Source of the DNA: an uncultured Candidatus Saccharibacteria bacterium
Lineage (GTDB): Bacteria > Patescibacteriota > Saccharimonadia > Saccharimonadales > EFPC-124
Direction of reading: 5' to 3'
DNA: 64,000 nucleotides
Assembly (NCBI GenBank): GCA_964405095.1
Contig: CAYOML010000001.1
Coordinates: 23,311-87,310 of the forward strand
Shown here one piece after another: positions 17,780 through 27,526 of the stretch. Every line of letters begins with the position of its first letter. The stretch's first letter is position 1. Below the pieces are notes generated by a model. That model saw only the letters and a list, made by a program, of their open reading frames with translations, was not told where the DNA came from and made no database searches. The position numbers and the translations under genes were made by a program.

Positions 17780-18493
17780 TTAGAACTGCTCGGCCGAGTA
17801 TTCGACGCTGTTCTCTAAAAAGGTATGGTCGCGGCCCAGCATGTCCTGCTCGATCTGCTGGCTAGTGTATTTTTTGTCGCGTGCGGCAATCTCGGCCTCG
17901 GTGGCCCAAAAGTTGCGACCACCCTCAAACGCGTCCATTAGTGTGCCGCGCGGCCTGGTGCAATGCACAACATGGAACAGCTTGTCTTCGAGTAATTCGC
18001 CGGATTCTTTTTGGTAGGCGTGTTCATGGTAAAGGCCTGCGTAGCGATAATCGGCCTCGAGGCCCGTTTCTTCATGCAGTTCACGCTCGGCGGCGGCGAT
18101 CACCGTCTCACCCCAGCGTATTTTGCCGGATGGAAAGCCCCAAAACCCAAAGTAGGGATGCTTCATGCGCTCTTGAATAAGATAGTACTTGATGCCCGAT
18201 TTGATCTTTTCGATGCCCAAGATTACGGCGCTCTTGGGCTGTTTTTCGATGGTGTTGTTATCGGTGTCTAGCTTGTTAGCATACTCCTTACCACGCGGAG
18301 TTAGACGGTATTTGCCTCGAGCCACTTTTTCGACTAAGTCTAGCGCAACCAGTTTAGCAATATGAAAGTTGAAGTGGTCACTACTCAGGCCTGTTGGTTT
18401 TTGTAGCTCGGCGTAGCCGGCTTGCGGCCTAAACAGCAATTCGCGCAGGATCGAGGTTTGGGCCCCGTGGATGTTAACTTCCAGGCTCATCAT
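17780..18493 (-). CDS. winged-helix DNA-binding domain fused to a Nudix hydrolase domain (paralog)
   Basis: Nudix box GKIRWGETVIAAAERELHEETGL; same architecture as the 17005..17727 gene. Confidence 0.7.
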   Translation of the reverse strand: MMSLEVNIHGAQTSILRELLFRPQAGYAELQKPTGLSSDHFNFHIAKLVALDLVEKVARGKYRLTPRGKEYANKLDTDNNTIEKQPKSAVILGIEKIKSGIKYYLIQERMKHPYFGFWGFPSGKIRWGETVIAAAERELHEETGLEADYRYAGLYHEHAYQKESGELLEDKLFHVVHCTRPRGTLMDAFEGGRNFWATEAEIAARDKKYTSQQIEQDMLGRDHTFLENSVEYSAEQF

Positions 18494-18563
18494 AATATCC
18501 TCATGTTATCTGACGGACACTATAACGTCGAGCGTATGATTAAATCTAGTAAAGTCGACTTTA

Positions 18564-18715
18564 GTTAACCTGATTCTAAAAACCTAATACTCATGGCCGG
18601 GTCCTGCCGAGCGGTCCGCCCCTAGTTTATATTTTTGGAATACCAAAGATAAAACCTGGGGCCGCCCCGCCGCTCGTCACCCCTTTAGTTATTTGGTTTT
18701 TAGAATCAAGTTAAC
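18564..18715. repeat. nested palindromic element, copy A (outer AT-rich IR, middle GC-rich IR, inner AT-rich IR)
   Basis: outer IR gttaacctgattctaaaaacc / ggtttttagaatcaagttaac; middle gggtcctgccgagcggtccgcccc / ggggccgccccgccgctcgtcacccc; homologous copies at 36263-36398 and 37455-37593. Confidence 0.7.
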
Positions 18716-19193
18716 TAGCCTTGATCCTGCTATAAGAATAATCTTTAGTCTTATGCCAAGTTCGACTCTGTGGGTCATAGGCCCGGACCTCGCCCTTGAT
18801 CTTGGCAATACGCACCAGGGCAGGGTTATATGGGGCAAGGTTTCTGTAGTAGCGCAGGTCATCATCTGACGTAATGTGCTTACCTGGGAACATGGCTTTA
18901 AACTTTTCACCACCGACACGATTAAAATAATCGGTTTCGCCATTTGGCGGCAAAAACTGGTCGGCTTCCAGGTTCATACGCATAACAATTTTCTGCACAT
19001 CATCGAGTAGCTGCGCCGCCTGAGATGCCACATAAAGCAAAACCTGCCCAGTAGTCGTTTTAAACAATGTGCCCTGGGCAGTAATCCCCACCGGTGCACT
19101 ACGAACAATCACCTCGGCAATATCTAGCACCACACCGAATTTTTCCTGGGCTGATTTTTCTATGGCTATATCACCAAAGATCTCGTCATTCAT
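18711..19193 (-). CDS. hypothetical protein
   Basis: ORF track only; its stop codon lies within the outer IR of repeat copy A. Confidence 0.4.
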   Translation of the reverse strand: MNDEIFGDIAIEKSAQEKFGVVLDIAEVIVRSAPVGITAQGTLFKTTTGQVLLYVASQAAQLLDDVQKIVMRMNLEADQFLPPNGETDYFNRVGGEKFKAMFPGKHITSDDDLRYYRNLAPYNPALVRIAKIKGEVRAYDPQSRTWHKTKDYSYSRIKAS

Positions 19194-19216
19194 ATTTTCA
19201 TTCTACTCCATAAGGC

Positions 19217-19246
19217 AAAAGGCACCTGCTGCTGGCGGTGCCTTTT
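19217..19246. terminator. hairpin aaaaggcacc-N10-ggtgcctttt, candidate terminator between the 18711 and 19270 genes
   Basis: 10-bp perfect stem; T-run follows on the plus strand. Confidence 0.35.
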
Positions 19247-19269
19247 GGTTTGCATAACTAAGTCGTACC

Positions 19270-19848
19270 CTAATTTGCACCAGGTGATGGGGGAGTGGTG
19301 CTTGGTGGGGTTTCCTTTGGAGTCTGCATTGTACCACCACCGGCTGGCTTGGCAACGCCAGTGTAGTAGCTGCGGATCTGAAACAGTAAGTAAAGGCCGA
19401 TTACCGAGCCTATCAAGGCACCGATCAACGAACCAAAGTTAGTGTAACCAACGGCTTGAACAACGGCTTCGGCAGCGTTTAGCAAGCTAACCCAAAACAG
19501 CAGGTTCCAGCCACTCTTTTTGCGAGCCTGCAGAGCAGGAAAGGCCATAAAGAACAAGACAGCCTCTACAACAAGTACGGCCAGGCTAACCCACAACAGT
19601 GGTGCCATGCCAACCGGCGCTACGTAGCCAACACCGTAATACTGGCTAAACTGGTTGGTAACGGTTGCGACATCATTTGCCCAGCCAACCAGCTGCCACA
19701 AAGCCCAAGCTCCCCACAACATAACCACGCCACCCAGTAGGGTTAGCCATGGCATTGCCTTTACCAAACCCTCGCGGGCATTCGCAGGTAATTGGAATGG
19801 CGCCTTTTTGACGAGTAGCTCGTCTAATTTTTCTTCTAGTTGTCCCAT
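19270..19848 (-). CDS. hypothetical membrane protein with a Pro/Thr-rich C-terminal tail
   Basis: 4 TM segments; C-terminus TPKETPPSTTPPSPGAN. Confidence 0.4.
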   Translation of the reverse strand: MGQLEEKLDELLVKKAPFQLPANAREGLVKAMPWLTLLGGVVMLWGAWALWQLVGWANDVATVTNQFSQYYGVGYVAPVGMAPLLWVSLAVLVVEAVLFFMAFPALQARKKSGWNLLFWVSLLNAAEAVVQAVGYTNFGSLIGALIGSVIGLYLLFQIRSYYTGVAKPAGGGTMQTPKETPPSTTPPSPGAN

Positions 19849-19965
19849 AAGTTAAAACCCTCCAAGGTTGTTATGGCTTAAGCATAGCGCTTACGGAGCT
19901 TAACTACAAGTAGTTTTGACATCAGTTGCCGGTTATAAGGAGACCACTGTACAATTAGGGCACAA

Positions 19966-22900
19966 ATGACAGATTTTGACGAGGCTTACCAACAGCTTAA
20001 TAAAAACCAGCGCCGGGCAGTCGACACAATTGACGGTCCGGTGTTAGTTGTGGCTGGACCAGGTACCGGTAAAACACAGTTACTGAGCATGCGCGCCGCC
20101 CAAATCATTAGCCGCACCGATACGCTACCCAGTAATATCCTATGTTTGACTTTTACAGATTCTGCCGCGCTCGAAATGCGTCAGCGACTGATAAAACTGA
20201 TGGGTGCTGAGGGAAATCGGGTCGCGGTACACACATTCCATAGTTTTGGTGCCGAGATTATCAACACTCACCCCGAATATTTTTATAATGGCGCTCGCTT
20301 TAACCCGGCCGATGAACTTGCACGTTACGAACTACTGCGTGACATTTTTAAACATCTGCCACATTCTAACCCGCTAGCAAAAACCATGAACGACGAATTT
20401 ACAGCTCTAAAAGATAGCCGGGCAGCAATTTCACATCTTAAGCGGGCCGGTTTGCTCCCTAAAGAATTGCTGACAATTCTAGACCACAACACTAAGTTTG
20501 TAGATGCCGCCGAACCGCTGGTGAACGCGACATTTGCCAACCGGCTAAGCATCAAAGACATCCCAAATATCCAGCATTTGGCCGAGAAGTTAGCCGGTAT
20601 TGTTAAGAAAGTCAAAATCGCACCGTTATATGGTTACAAGAGCCTGGCCGAAGTGTGTACCCAATGTCTGGCGCAGGCCGCGGGTCAAGCCGCTGAATCG
20701 CGTAAAACCACGCCACTAACCGCTTGGCGCAATGACTGGTGCGAAAAAAACCATCTTGGTGAGTTGGTGTTTAAAGATCGCGCGCGCACTAAAAAACTGC
20801 GTGCTCTGGCTCATATCTACCAAAAATATTCGGCCTCGCTTAGCGAACACGAGCTATTTGATTTCGATGACATGGTCAGTTTAGTTGCGCACACTCTAGA
20901 GGTCACACCCGAGCTGCGCCTAAACTTGCAGGAGCAGTACTTATATATCATGGTGGACGAATTTCAAGACACCAACCGCGCGCAGTTGCGACTATTAACG
21001 GCTTTGACTGATAACCCGGTCAATGAGGGTCGCCCGAATATATTAGCTGTGGGCGACGACGACCAAGCAATCTATGCCTTCCAGGGCGCCGAGCTAAACA
21101 ACATTTTAGATTTTGCCGCTCACTACCACCAACCCGATATCGTTGTCCTAACCGACAATTACCGCTCTACGGCACCCATTTTGCAACATTCGCGCCAAGT
21201 CGTCACCAAGGCCACACAGCGTCTTGAGACCACTCTAGCTAACATCCAAAAGGATTTGAAGCCTCACAATGGCCACTCACCGACAGACGCAACTTTACAT
21301 CAATTTGTAACGATTAGTGACGAATACCGATGGGTATCAGAGGAGGTAAAACGCCAACTTAAAAGCGGTACTAGCCCGGATAATATTGCCGTGATTGCTC
21401 GCCACCACAAGCAACTGGTGCAGTTGGTACCGTATTTGCACGCCGCCGGTATTGCCGTGTTATATGAACGCCGCAACAACATTTTAGATAGTCCACATAT
21501 CCGCGAGCTGACAACTCTGGCCGAGGTAGTTGTTTATCTTGGAGACCAGCGCTATGACTTAGTTGAAGAACTACTACCCGAGCTGCTTAGTTATGATTTT
21601 TGGGGGCTTAAAACAACCGAGATCTGGCAACTTTCGCTAAAAGCTTACAAACAGCGGCGTATGTGGTTGGAGTTAATGGTTGAGACCGAAGGTAAATTGC
21701 ACCAGATTGCCGAGTTCCTGATTATGGCCTCACAACAAGCCTTGCACGCGCCATGCGAAACTATGCTCGATGTGCTAATCGGTAATGATGAGGTTCAGGT
21801 GTCCGATGACGGGCAAACCGACAACGACCAACCACTGGCTAAAACCCAAAACGAGGATTTTGCCTCGCCATACCGGGCATACTATTTCAACCAACCACGA
21901 CTGGCCTCCAACCCACAAGAATATCTGACACTGCTAAGCAATCTGCGCGCGCTACGCCAGGCTCTTCACAACTACCGCCCTGAATCGACAATCTATCTGC
22001 GCGATCTTATAGACTTCATCGAGCTCTGCCAGCGTACCGACACACCAATTGTCGACACAGCAACGGTCCAAGAAGCGCCGAGCGGCGTACACCTTTTAAC
22101 CGCCCATAAAGCCAAGGGCCAAGAATTCGAAACAGTTATTATTCTGAGCTGCCAAGACGAGATATGGGGCCGCCGGTCGCACCGACACGGTACTAGCCTC
22201 AGCTTTCCGGCTAACCTGCCGATCGAACCTGCCGGCCAACACTACGACGATGCTCTGCGCTTATTCTTTGTTGCTATGACCCGCGCCAAACACGACTTGC
22301 TATTAACCTACTACCAGATGGACGATGCAGGTAAAGAGGTGATATTAGCCGAATTCTTACAGGACAGCAGCCTGACGCCCAAAACGCACGGTGTCGACAC
22401 CACTCAAAAACCCGAGGAACTATCCATGGGCTGGCAGTTGCGTCATCTGACCCTGCCAAAAACTAACCAAAAAACCTTACTGCAACCTTTGCTCAATGTT
22501 TATCGGCTCAGTAGCACCCACCTAAATAATTTTATAGATGTGACTCGCGGCGGACCTCAGGCTTTTTTACTGCAGAATCTTCTTCGTTTCCCACAGGCGA
22601 TGACTCCGGCGCAAGCTTACGGGCACGCTATACACAGTGTGTTAGCCCGAGCCCATACACATCTAGCCGCGACTGGGGAACGTCGGCCAATCGAAGATGT
22701 GTTGCACGATTTTGAAATTCACTTGCAAAACGCGCACTTAGGCGAACATGATTTTGGCCACTGGCTCGAAAAGGGGAGTGATTCGCTACAAATGTATCTA
22801 AAAGAACGTTACGACACTTTCACTACGACTCAAAAAGCCGAACGCGACTTCGCCGGCCAAGAAGTGGTGGTTGATGGTGTGCGCCTGACCGGTAAAATCG

Positions 22901-23307
22901 ATTTGATGGGCATCGACACAAAAGCCAAAACCATAGTTGTAACCGATTACAAAACCGGCAAAGGCCACAGCACTTGGCGGGCAACAACCGATTACGAAGC
23001 AATTAAACTACATAAATACAAACAACAATTAATGTTTTATAAATTACTAATAGAAAATTCGCGTGATTATAGCGGCTATACCGTCACCATGGGCGTTCTA
23101 GAATCTGTTGAACCAGATAACAACGGGCGTCTGCACCGCCTGGAGTTGGAGTTCGATGCCGAAGAACTTAAAAACTTCACACAACTTTTGGGGGCAGTTT
23201 GGCGACATATTATGCAACTTGATCTGCCAGATACTAACGACTTGCCAGCAACTTATAAGGGTATCGTTGCCTTCGAAGACCAGCTAACTGCCCGAACGGA
23301 CAATTAG
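19966..23307 (+). CDS. UvrD/Rep-family ATP-dependent DNA helicase with a C-terminal PD-(D/E)XK (RecB-like) nuclease domain (AddA-like helicase-nuclease)
   Basis: Walker A AGPGTGKTQ, helicase motifs (VDEFQDTN, TAHKAKGQEFE), C-terminal GKIDLMGID...VVTDYKTGK nuclease motif. Confidence 0.85.
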   Translation: MTDFDEAYQQLNKNQRRAVDTIDGPVLVVAGPGTGKTQLLSMRAAQIISRTDTLPSNILCLTFTDSAALEMRQRLIKLMGAEGNRVAVHTFHSFGAEIINTHPEYFYNGARFNPADELARYELLRDIFKHLPHSNPLAKTMNDEFTALKDSRAAISHLKRAGLLPKELLTILDHNTKFVDAAEPLVNATFANRLSIKDIPNIQHLAEKLAGIVKKVKIAPLYGYKSLAEVCTQCLAQAAGQAAESRKTTPLTAWRNDWCEKNHLGELVFKDRARTKKLRALAHIYQKYSASLSEHELFDFDDMVSLVAHTLEVTPELRLNLQEQYLYIMVDEFQDTNRAQLRLLTALTDNPVNEGRPNILAVGDDDQAIYAFQGAELNNILDFAAHYHQPDIVVLTDNYRSTAPILQHSRQVVTKATQRLETTLANIQKDLKPHNGHSPTDATLHQFVTISDEYRWVSEEVKRQLKSGTSPDNIAVIARHHKQLVQLVPYLHAAGIAVLYERRNNILDSPHIRELTTLAEVVVYLGDQRYDLVEELLPELLSYDFWGLKTTEIWQLSLKAYKQRRMWLELMVETEGKLHQIAEFLIMASQQALHAPCETMLDVLIGNDEVQVSDDGQTDNDQPLAKTQNEDFASPYRAYYFNQPRLASNPQEYLTLLSNLRALRQALHNYRPESTIYLRDLIDFIELCQRTDTPIVDTATVQEAPSGVHLLTAHKAKGQEFETVIILSCQDEIWGRRSHRHGTSLSFPANLPIEPAGQHYDDALRLFFVAMTRAKHDLLLTYYQMDDAGKEVILAEFLQDSSLTPKTHGVDTTQKPEELSMGWQLRHLTLPKTNQKTLLQPLLNVYRLSSTHLNNFIDVTRGGPQAFLLQNLLRFPQAMTPAQAYGHAIHSVLARAHTHLAATGERRPIEDVLHDFEIHLQNAHLGEHDFGHWLEKGSDSLQMYLKERYDTFTTTQKAERDFAGQEVVVDGVRLTGKIDLMGIDTKAKTIVVTDYKTGKGHSTWRATTDYEAIKLHKYKQQLMFYKLLIENSRDYSGYTVTMGVLESVEPDNNGRLHRLELEFDAEELKNFTQLLGAVWRHIMQLDLPDTNDLPATYKGIVAFEDQLTARTDN

Positions 23308-24429
23308 TTCTATTGAGCCATCGGTTAAGACCATTGCGGTTGCAATCGTGAACAAAAGCCGGCTGGTGATAAACCTGTCCCGCAGGTTTTTTGACTCTTC
23401 TTGTGACAGTGGTTTATCCCGATGATGCAATTGTGGAATTTTATCGGCCAGTTCGACCGAGCGCCAAAAATCATAGCCAAAGAGTTGCATTAGATGGTCG
23501 CTATCTACCGCGAACTGATCACGGTGAAAGGTCGTGTTACGAATAAGATTAATAACTAGTCCGACTTCGTTATGAGGCCCCATGAGTTTAGCAACACCGT
23601 CAGTAGTTTGCAGGCGTTCAATAGCATCCTGAGGGTAAGTGAAGCTACCTTTCTCGTCGTGAGCAAAATATGTCTCGGCATTACCTTGGATGAATAAAAA
23701 ACGTCCGAGTAGCTCGTTAACCATGGCTTCGCTGTAATTATCGCCCAGCAGTCTTTGGGCCAAACCCCGCAGTTGCATTTGGGCGGCAGGTGAGGTGAGA
23801 CGTTCGAGAATTTTGGGTATATTATCCATGGCACCACAGCCGGTTTTACCTTCGGGAGCGTGGTCGTCTATGTGCCCGCCGGCCTTCCACATTATTGAAT
23901 CAAGCAACGCCCGCATGTTATCAATATCTTGCATAAAAGTGTGATCGGTGATGCGATCGTTGTCGGTGGTGGGATCATAATCATCTTCCATTGGTCCGGT
24001 ATCGGACGCTCTTGCGCAAAGGCCACTGGTTTGTGTACCACCCGCTACCTGGGGGCCAAGTGGCCGGTGCTGTAGAGATTCATCTGTGTCGTAGTTACAG
24101 ATACAACGCCCGTCCATGCAACGAGTACGAGCCTCATTAGATGAATTAACGTAGTAGCGATGAAGATTCCTGCCTCTCAGTGCGTTAGCTAGGTCTTGGA
24201 TCGAAATCTCACCACGCCTTTTGATAACAGATATCGCCCCGGTCCAAACACGTTCCGGGTAACGGACAGGCACAACTTCACTTATTGGCCCGAGGTGTTC
24301 GTAGCTTGCGCGTGGTAGATGTTCACCACGCACGTTAATTTCATCTTCCCACTCAATAAAATCTGCCGCGGTTTGTTCCGCTCCAGGCATGTTTAATGTG
24401 TCGGATTGTGTTCTTGTTAATCTGTTCAT
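23284..24429 (-). CDS. hypothetical protein (Cys/His-containing, 381 aa)
   Basis: ORF track; no confident family; 3' end overlaps the helicase gene by 24 nt (convergent). Confidence 0.4.
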   Translation of the reverse strand: MNRLTRTQSDTLNMPGAEQTAADFIEWEDEINVRGEHLPRASYEHLGPISEVVPVRYPERVWTGAISVIKRRGEISIQDLANALRGRNLHRYYVNSSNEARTRCMDGRCICNYDTDESLQHRPLGPQVAGGTQTSGLCARASDTGPMEDDYDPTTDNDRITDHTFMQDIDNMRALLDSIMWKAGGHIDDHAPEGKTGCGAMDNIPKILERLTSPAAQMQLRGLAQRLLGDNYSEAMVNELLGRFLFIQGNAETYFAHDEKGSFTYPQDAIERLQTTDGVAKLMGPHNEVGLVINLIRNTTFHRDQFAVDSDHLMQLFGYDFWRSVELADKIPQLHHRDKPLSQEESKNLRDRFITSRLLFTIATAMVLTDGSIELIVRSGS

Positions 24430-24529
24430 AAAAGAAAAGCACTGGCACTCAGTGCAAAAGCTCTGGAGGCTAGACTACACTTTTAAGGCTAACTTGGCAA
24501 GTCTAACACTCTCTTGCGCACGCCCACAC

Positions 24530-24558
24530 TTGATGACATGACGCAAATATTCTATAAT
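24530..24558 (+). promoter_or_regulatory. sigma70-like promoter TTGATG - 17 nt - TATAAT
   Basis: -35 at 24530-24535, -10 at 24553-24558; about 50 nt upstream of an SD (GGAAGGAG) and the ATG at 24610. Confidence 0.45.
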
Positions 24559-24609
24559 ATCAAACGCGCGGTAATTGCCGCACCGGTTGTCGTCTGGAAG
24601 GAGACGAGG

Positions 24610-24741
24610 ATGCCTCCCAAGAGGTGTGAAGGGTGCTGTACGAGGTGTCATGGCAGCTGTCAGCGTTCGCGCGGCGGCACAGGCACATGTTACGCCTGCA
24701 ACGGCACAGGTCACATGAATGGGTGTGAAGCTCGCAGGTAA
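24610..24741 (+). CDS. 43-aa cysteine-rich peptide (8 Cys, 2 His; CxxCxGxG DnaJ-type zinc-finger-like motif)
   Basis: MPPKRCEGCCTRCHGSCQRSRGGTGTCYACNGTGHMNGCEARR; strong SD; the track's longer ORF (from 24514) would start inside the promoter, so the short form is preferred. Confidence 0.4.
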   Translation: MPPKRCEGCCTRCHGSCQRSRGGTGTCYACNGTGHMNGCEARR

Positions 24742-24756
24742 CTACCAGAGATCGGT

Positions 24757-24791
24757 GTTTCCATGGGTACTCCAAGAGTACCCATGGAAAC
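24757..24791. other. perfect 16-bp inverted repeat with a 3-nt loop (gtttccatgggtactc caa gagtacccatggaaac) between convergent genes; candidate bidirectional terminator or protein-binding site
   Basis: arms 24757-24772 and 24776-24791 are exact reverse complements. Confidence 0.5.
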
Positions 24792-24823
24792 GCAAAAAAC
24801 TGCAATTATCTAGTAAGTAAGTC

Positions 24824-25248
24824 CTAGACGCGACGACGACGATGCTTGAGTTCGGCAACTTTAAGTCGGACTGCTTGGCGATCAATCATACCTTCGGCGC
24901 GAGCAAGTTCTACTTGGTCTTTGGCATTTTGTTTTAGTTCCTTGGCGCGGTCTAGTGCGGCGCGGGCATCGGCTTCGACAATCTCATCTTCGCGGTCGGC
25001 TTCGTCAACCAAGAGGCGGATGGTTTTGCCAGTAATCTCGGCTACGCCACCGTTAGTTGCAAAGATATCTAGATGTTCGTCGGTATCAGTTTTTTTGTGG
25101 CGTACGGTTATCACACCGGGGATCACCGTAGTAACCAATGGCATATGCTGATAATAAACCGCGATTTCGCCGTCGGCAGTTGGCAAGATTACCTCGTAGA
25201 CATCGGCTTGCAGTTTAGGACCAGTCAGTGTGACGAGCTCGAGCTTCA

Positions 25249-25249
<1 letters not shown>
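24824..25249 (-). CDS. atpC: F0F1 ATP synthase subunit epsilon
   Basis: position after atpD; N-terminal beta-sandwich then helical hairpin; 141 aa. Confidence 0.85.
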
Positions 25250-26643
<1,394 letters not shown>

Positions 26644-26653
26644 CTACTATTGA

Positions 26654-27520
26654 TCATTTCATTGCCTCTGCGCCACCAGTAATTTCGGCTAGTTCTTGAG
26701 TGATTTTACCTTGGCGGGCGTTGTTATATTCTAGTGTGTAATCCTCAACCAGATCATTGGCGTTATCGGTAGCGTTTTTCATGGCCATCATGCGCATTGA
26801 TTGTTCGGAGGCCACCGATTCCAACACCGATTGCCAAAGTTGTGCTTCAAGCAAGTGGCGAGTGGTACTTTCTAACACATCTTCGACAGATGGCTCAAAG
26901 CTAGCCAAACGCAATTCCGGGCTGACTTCGGATTCGGTAAAGCCAGCCGGCAACAGGTGATGCAGATTTGGTTCCTGGCGAATACTGGAATAGTAGTGAG
27001 TGTAAATAACATCGGTCAAATCAATGCTGCCATCATTAAACATATCGATTGCAGTACGCACGATTGGCTGTAGATCGTTAACCGACAGTGTTTCTGGCAA
27101 GTGTTGGTACACACCGACCACCTCAGTTTCTTTAATGCGGGCAACAAACTGGGCAGCTTTTTGGCCAACACAAATAGTGTAGGTTTTGATCTTAGCTGTC
27201 TGGTCTTTGCGTAGCTCAGCTATGTAGGAACGCAGGGCATTGCTGTTATAGGCACCAGCCAAACCGCGATCGCTGGTAATAACCACCAATAGGCGAGCTT
27301 GCACATTGCGTTTTACAAATAATCCAAATTTTTCGATTTCGGTTACCTGGGCTAGGCGAGTCAGTAGCTGGCTGGCAACTTCACTATACAGGCGACTGCG
27401 CTGGGCGGCTTCCTGAGCCTTGCGCATGCGCGAAGCGGCCACCAACTGCATAGCCTTGGTAATCTGGCGTGTGCTTTTGATGGAGCCGATGCGGCGCTTG
27501 ATGGTAATAGTGTTAGCCAC
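26654..27520 (-). CDS. atpG: F0F1 ATP synthase subunit gamma
   Basis: operon position and length; conserved N- and C-terminal helices. Confidence 0.85.
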   Translation of the reverse strand: MANTITIKRRIGSIKSTRQITKAMQLVAASRMRKAQEAAQRSRLYSEVASQLLTRLAQVTEIEKFGLFVKRNVQARLLVVITSDRGLAGAYNSNALRSYIAELRKDQTAKIKTYTICVGQKAAQFVARIKETEVVGVYQHLPETLSVNDLQPIVRTAIDMFNDGSIDLTDVIYTHYYSSIRQEPNLHHLLPAGFTESEVSPELRLASFEPSVEDVLESTTRHLLEAQLWQSVLESVASEQSMRMMAMKNATDNANDLVEDYTLEYNNARQGKITQELAEITGGAEAMK

Positions 27521-27526
27521 TGGTTA

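Noticed and set aside
18564-18715. Nested palindromes as hammerhead or other known self-cleaving ribozymes, or as CRISPR repeats
   Set aside because: There are no conserved CUGAUGA/GAAA hammerhead core elements in the right arrangement. Only single isolated copies are present, with no spacer-repeat periodicity, and no cas genes are nearby.
24514-24609. Longer 75-aa version of the Cys-rich ORF starting at 24514
   Set aside because: That start lies inside the -35 box of the promoter that drives the gene. The SD and ATG at 24610 define a 43-aa product.
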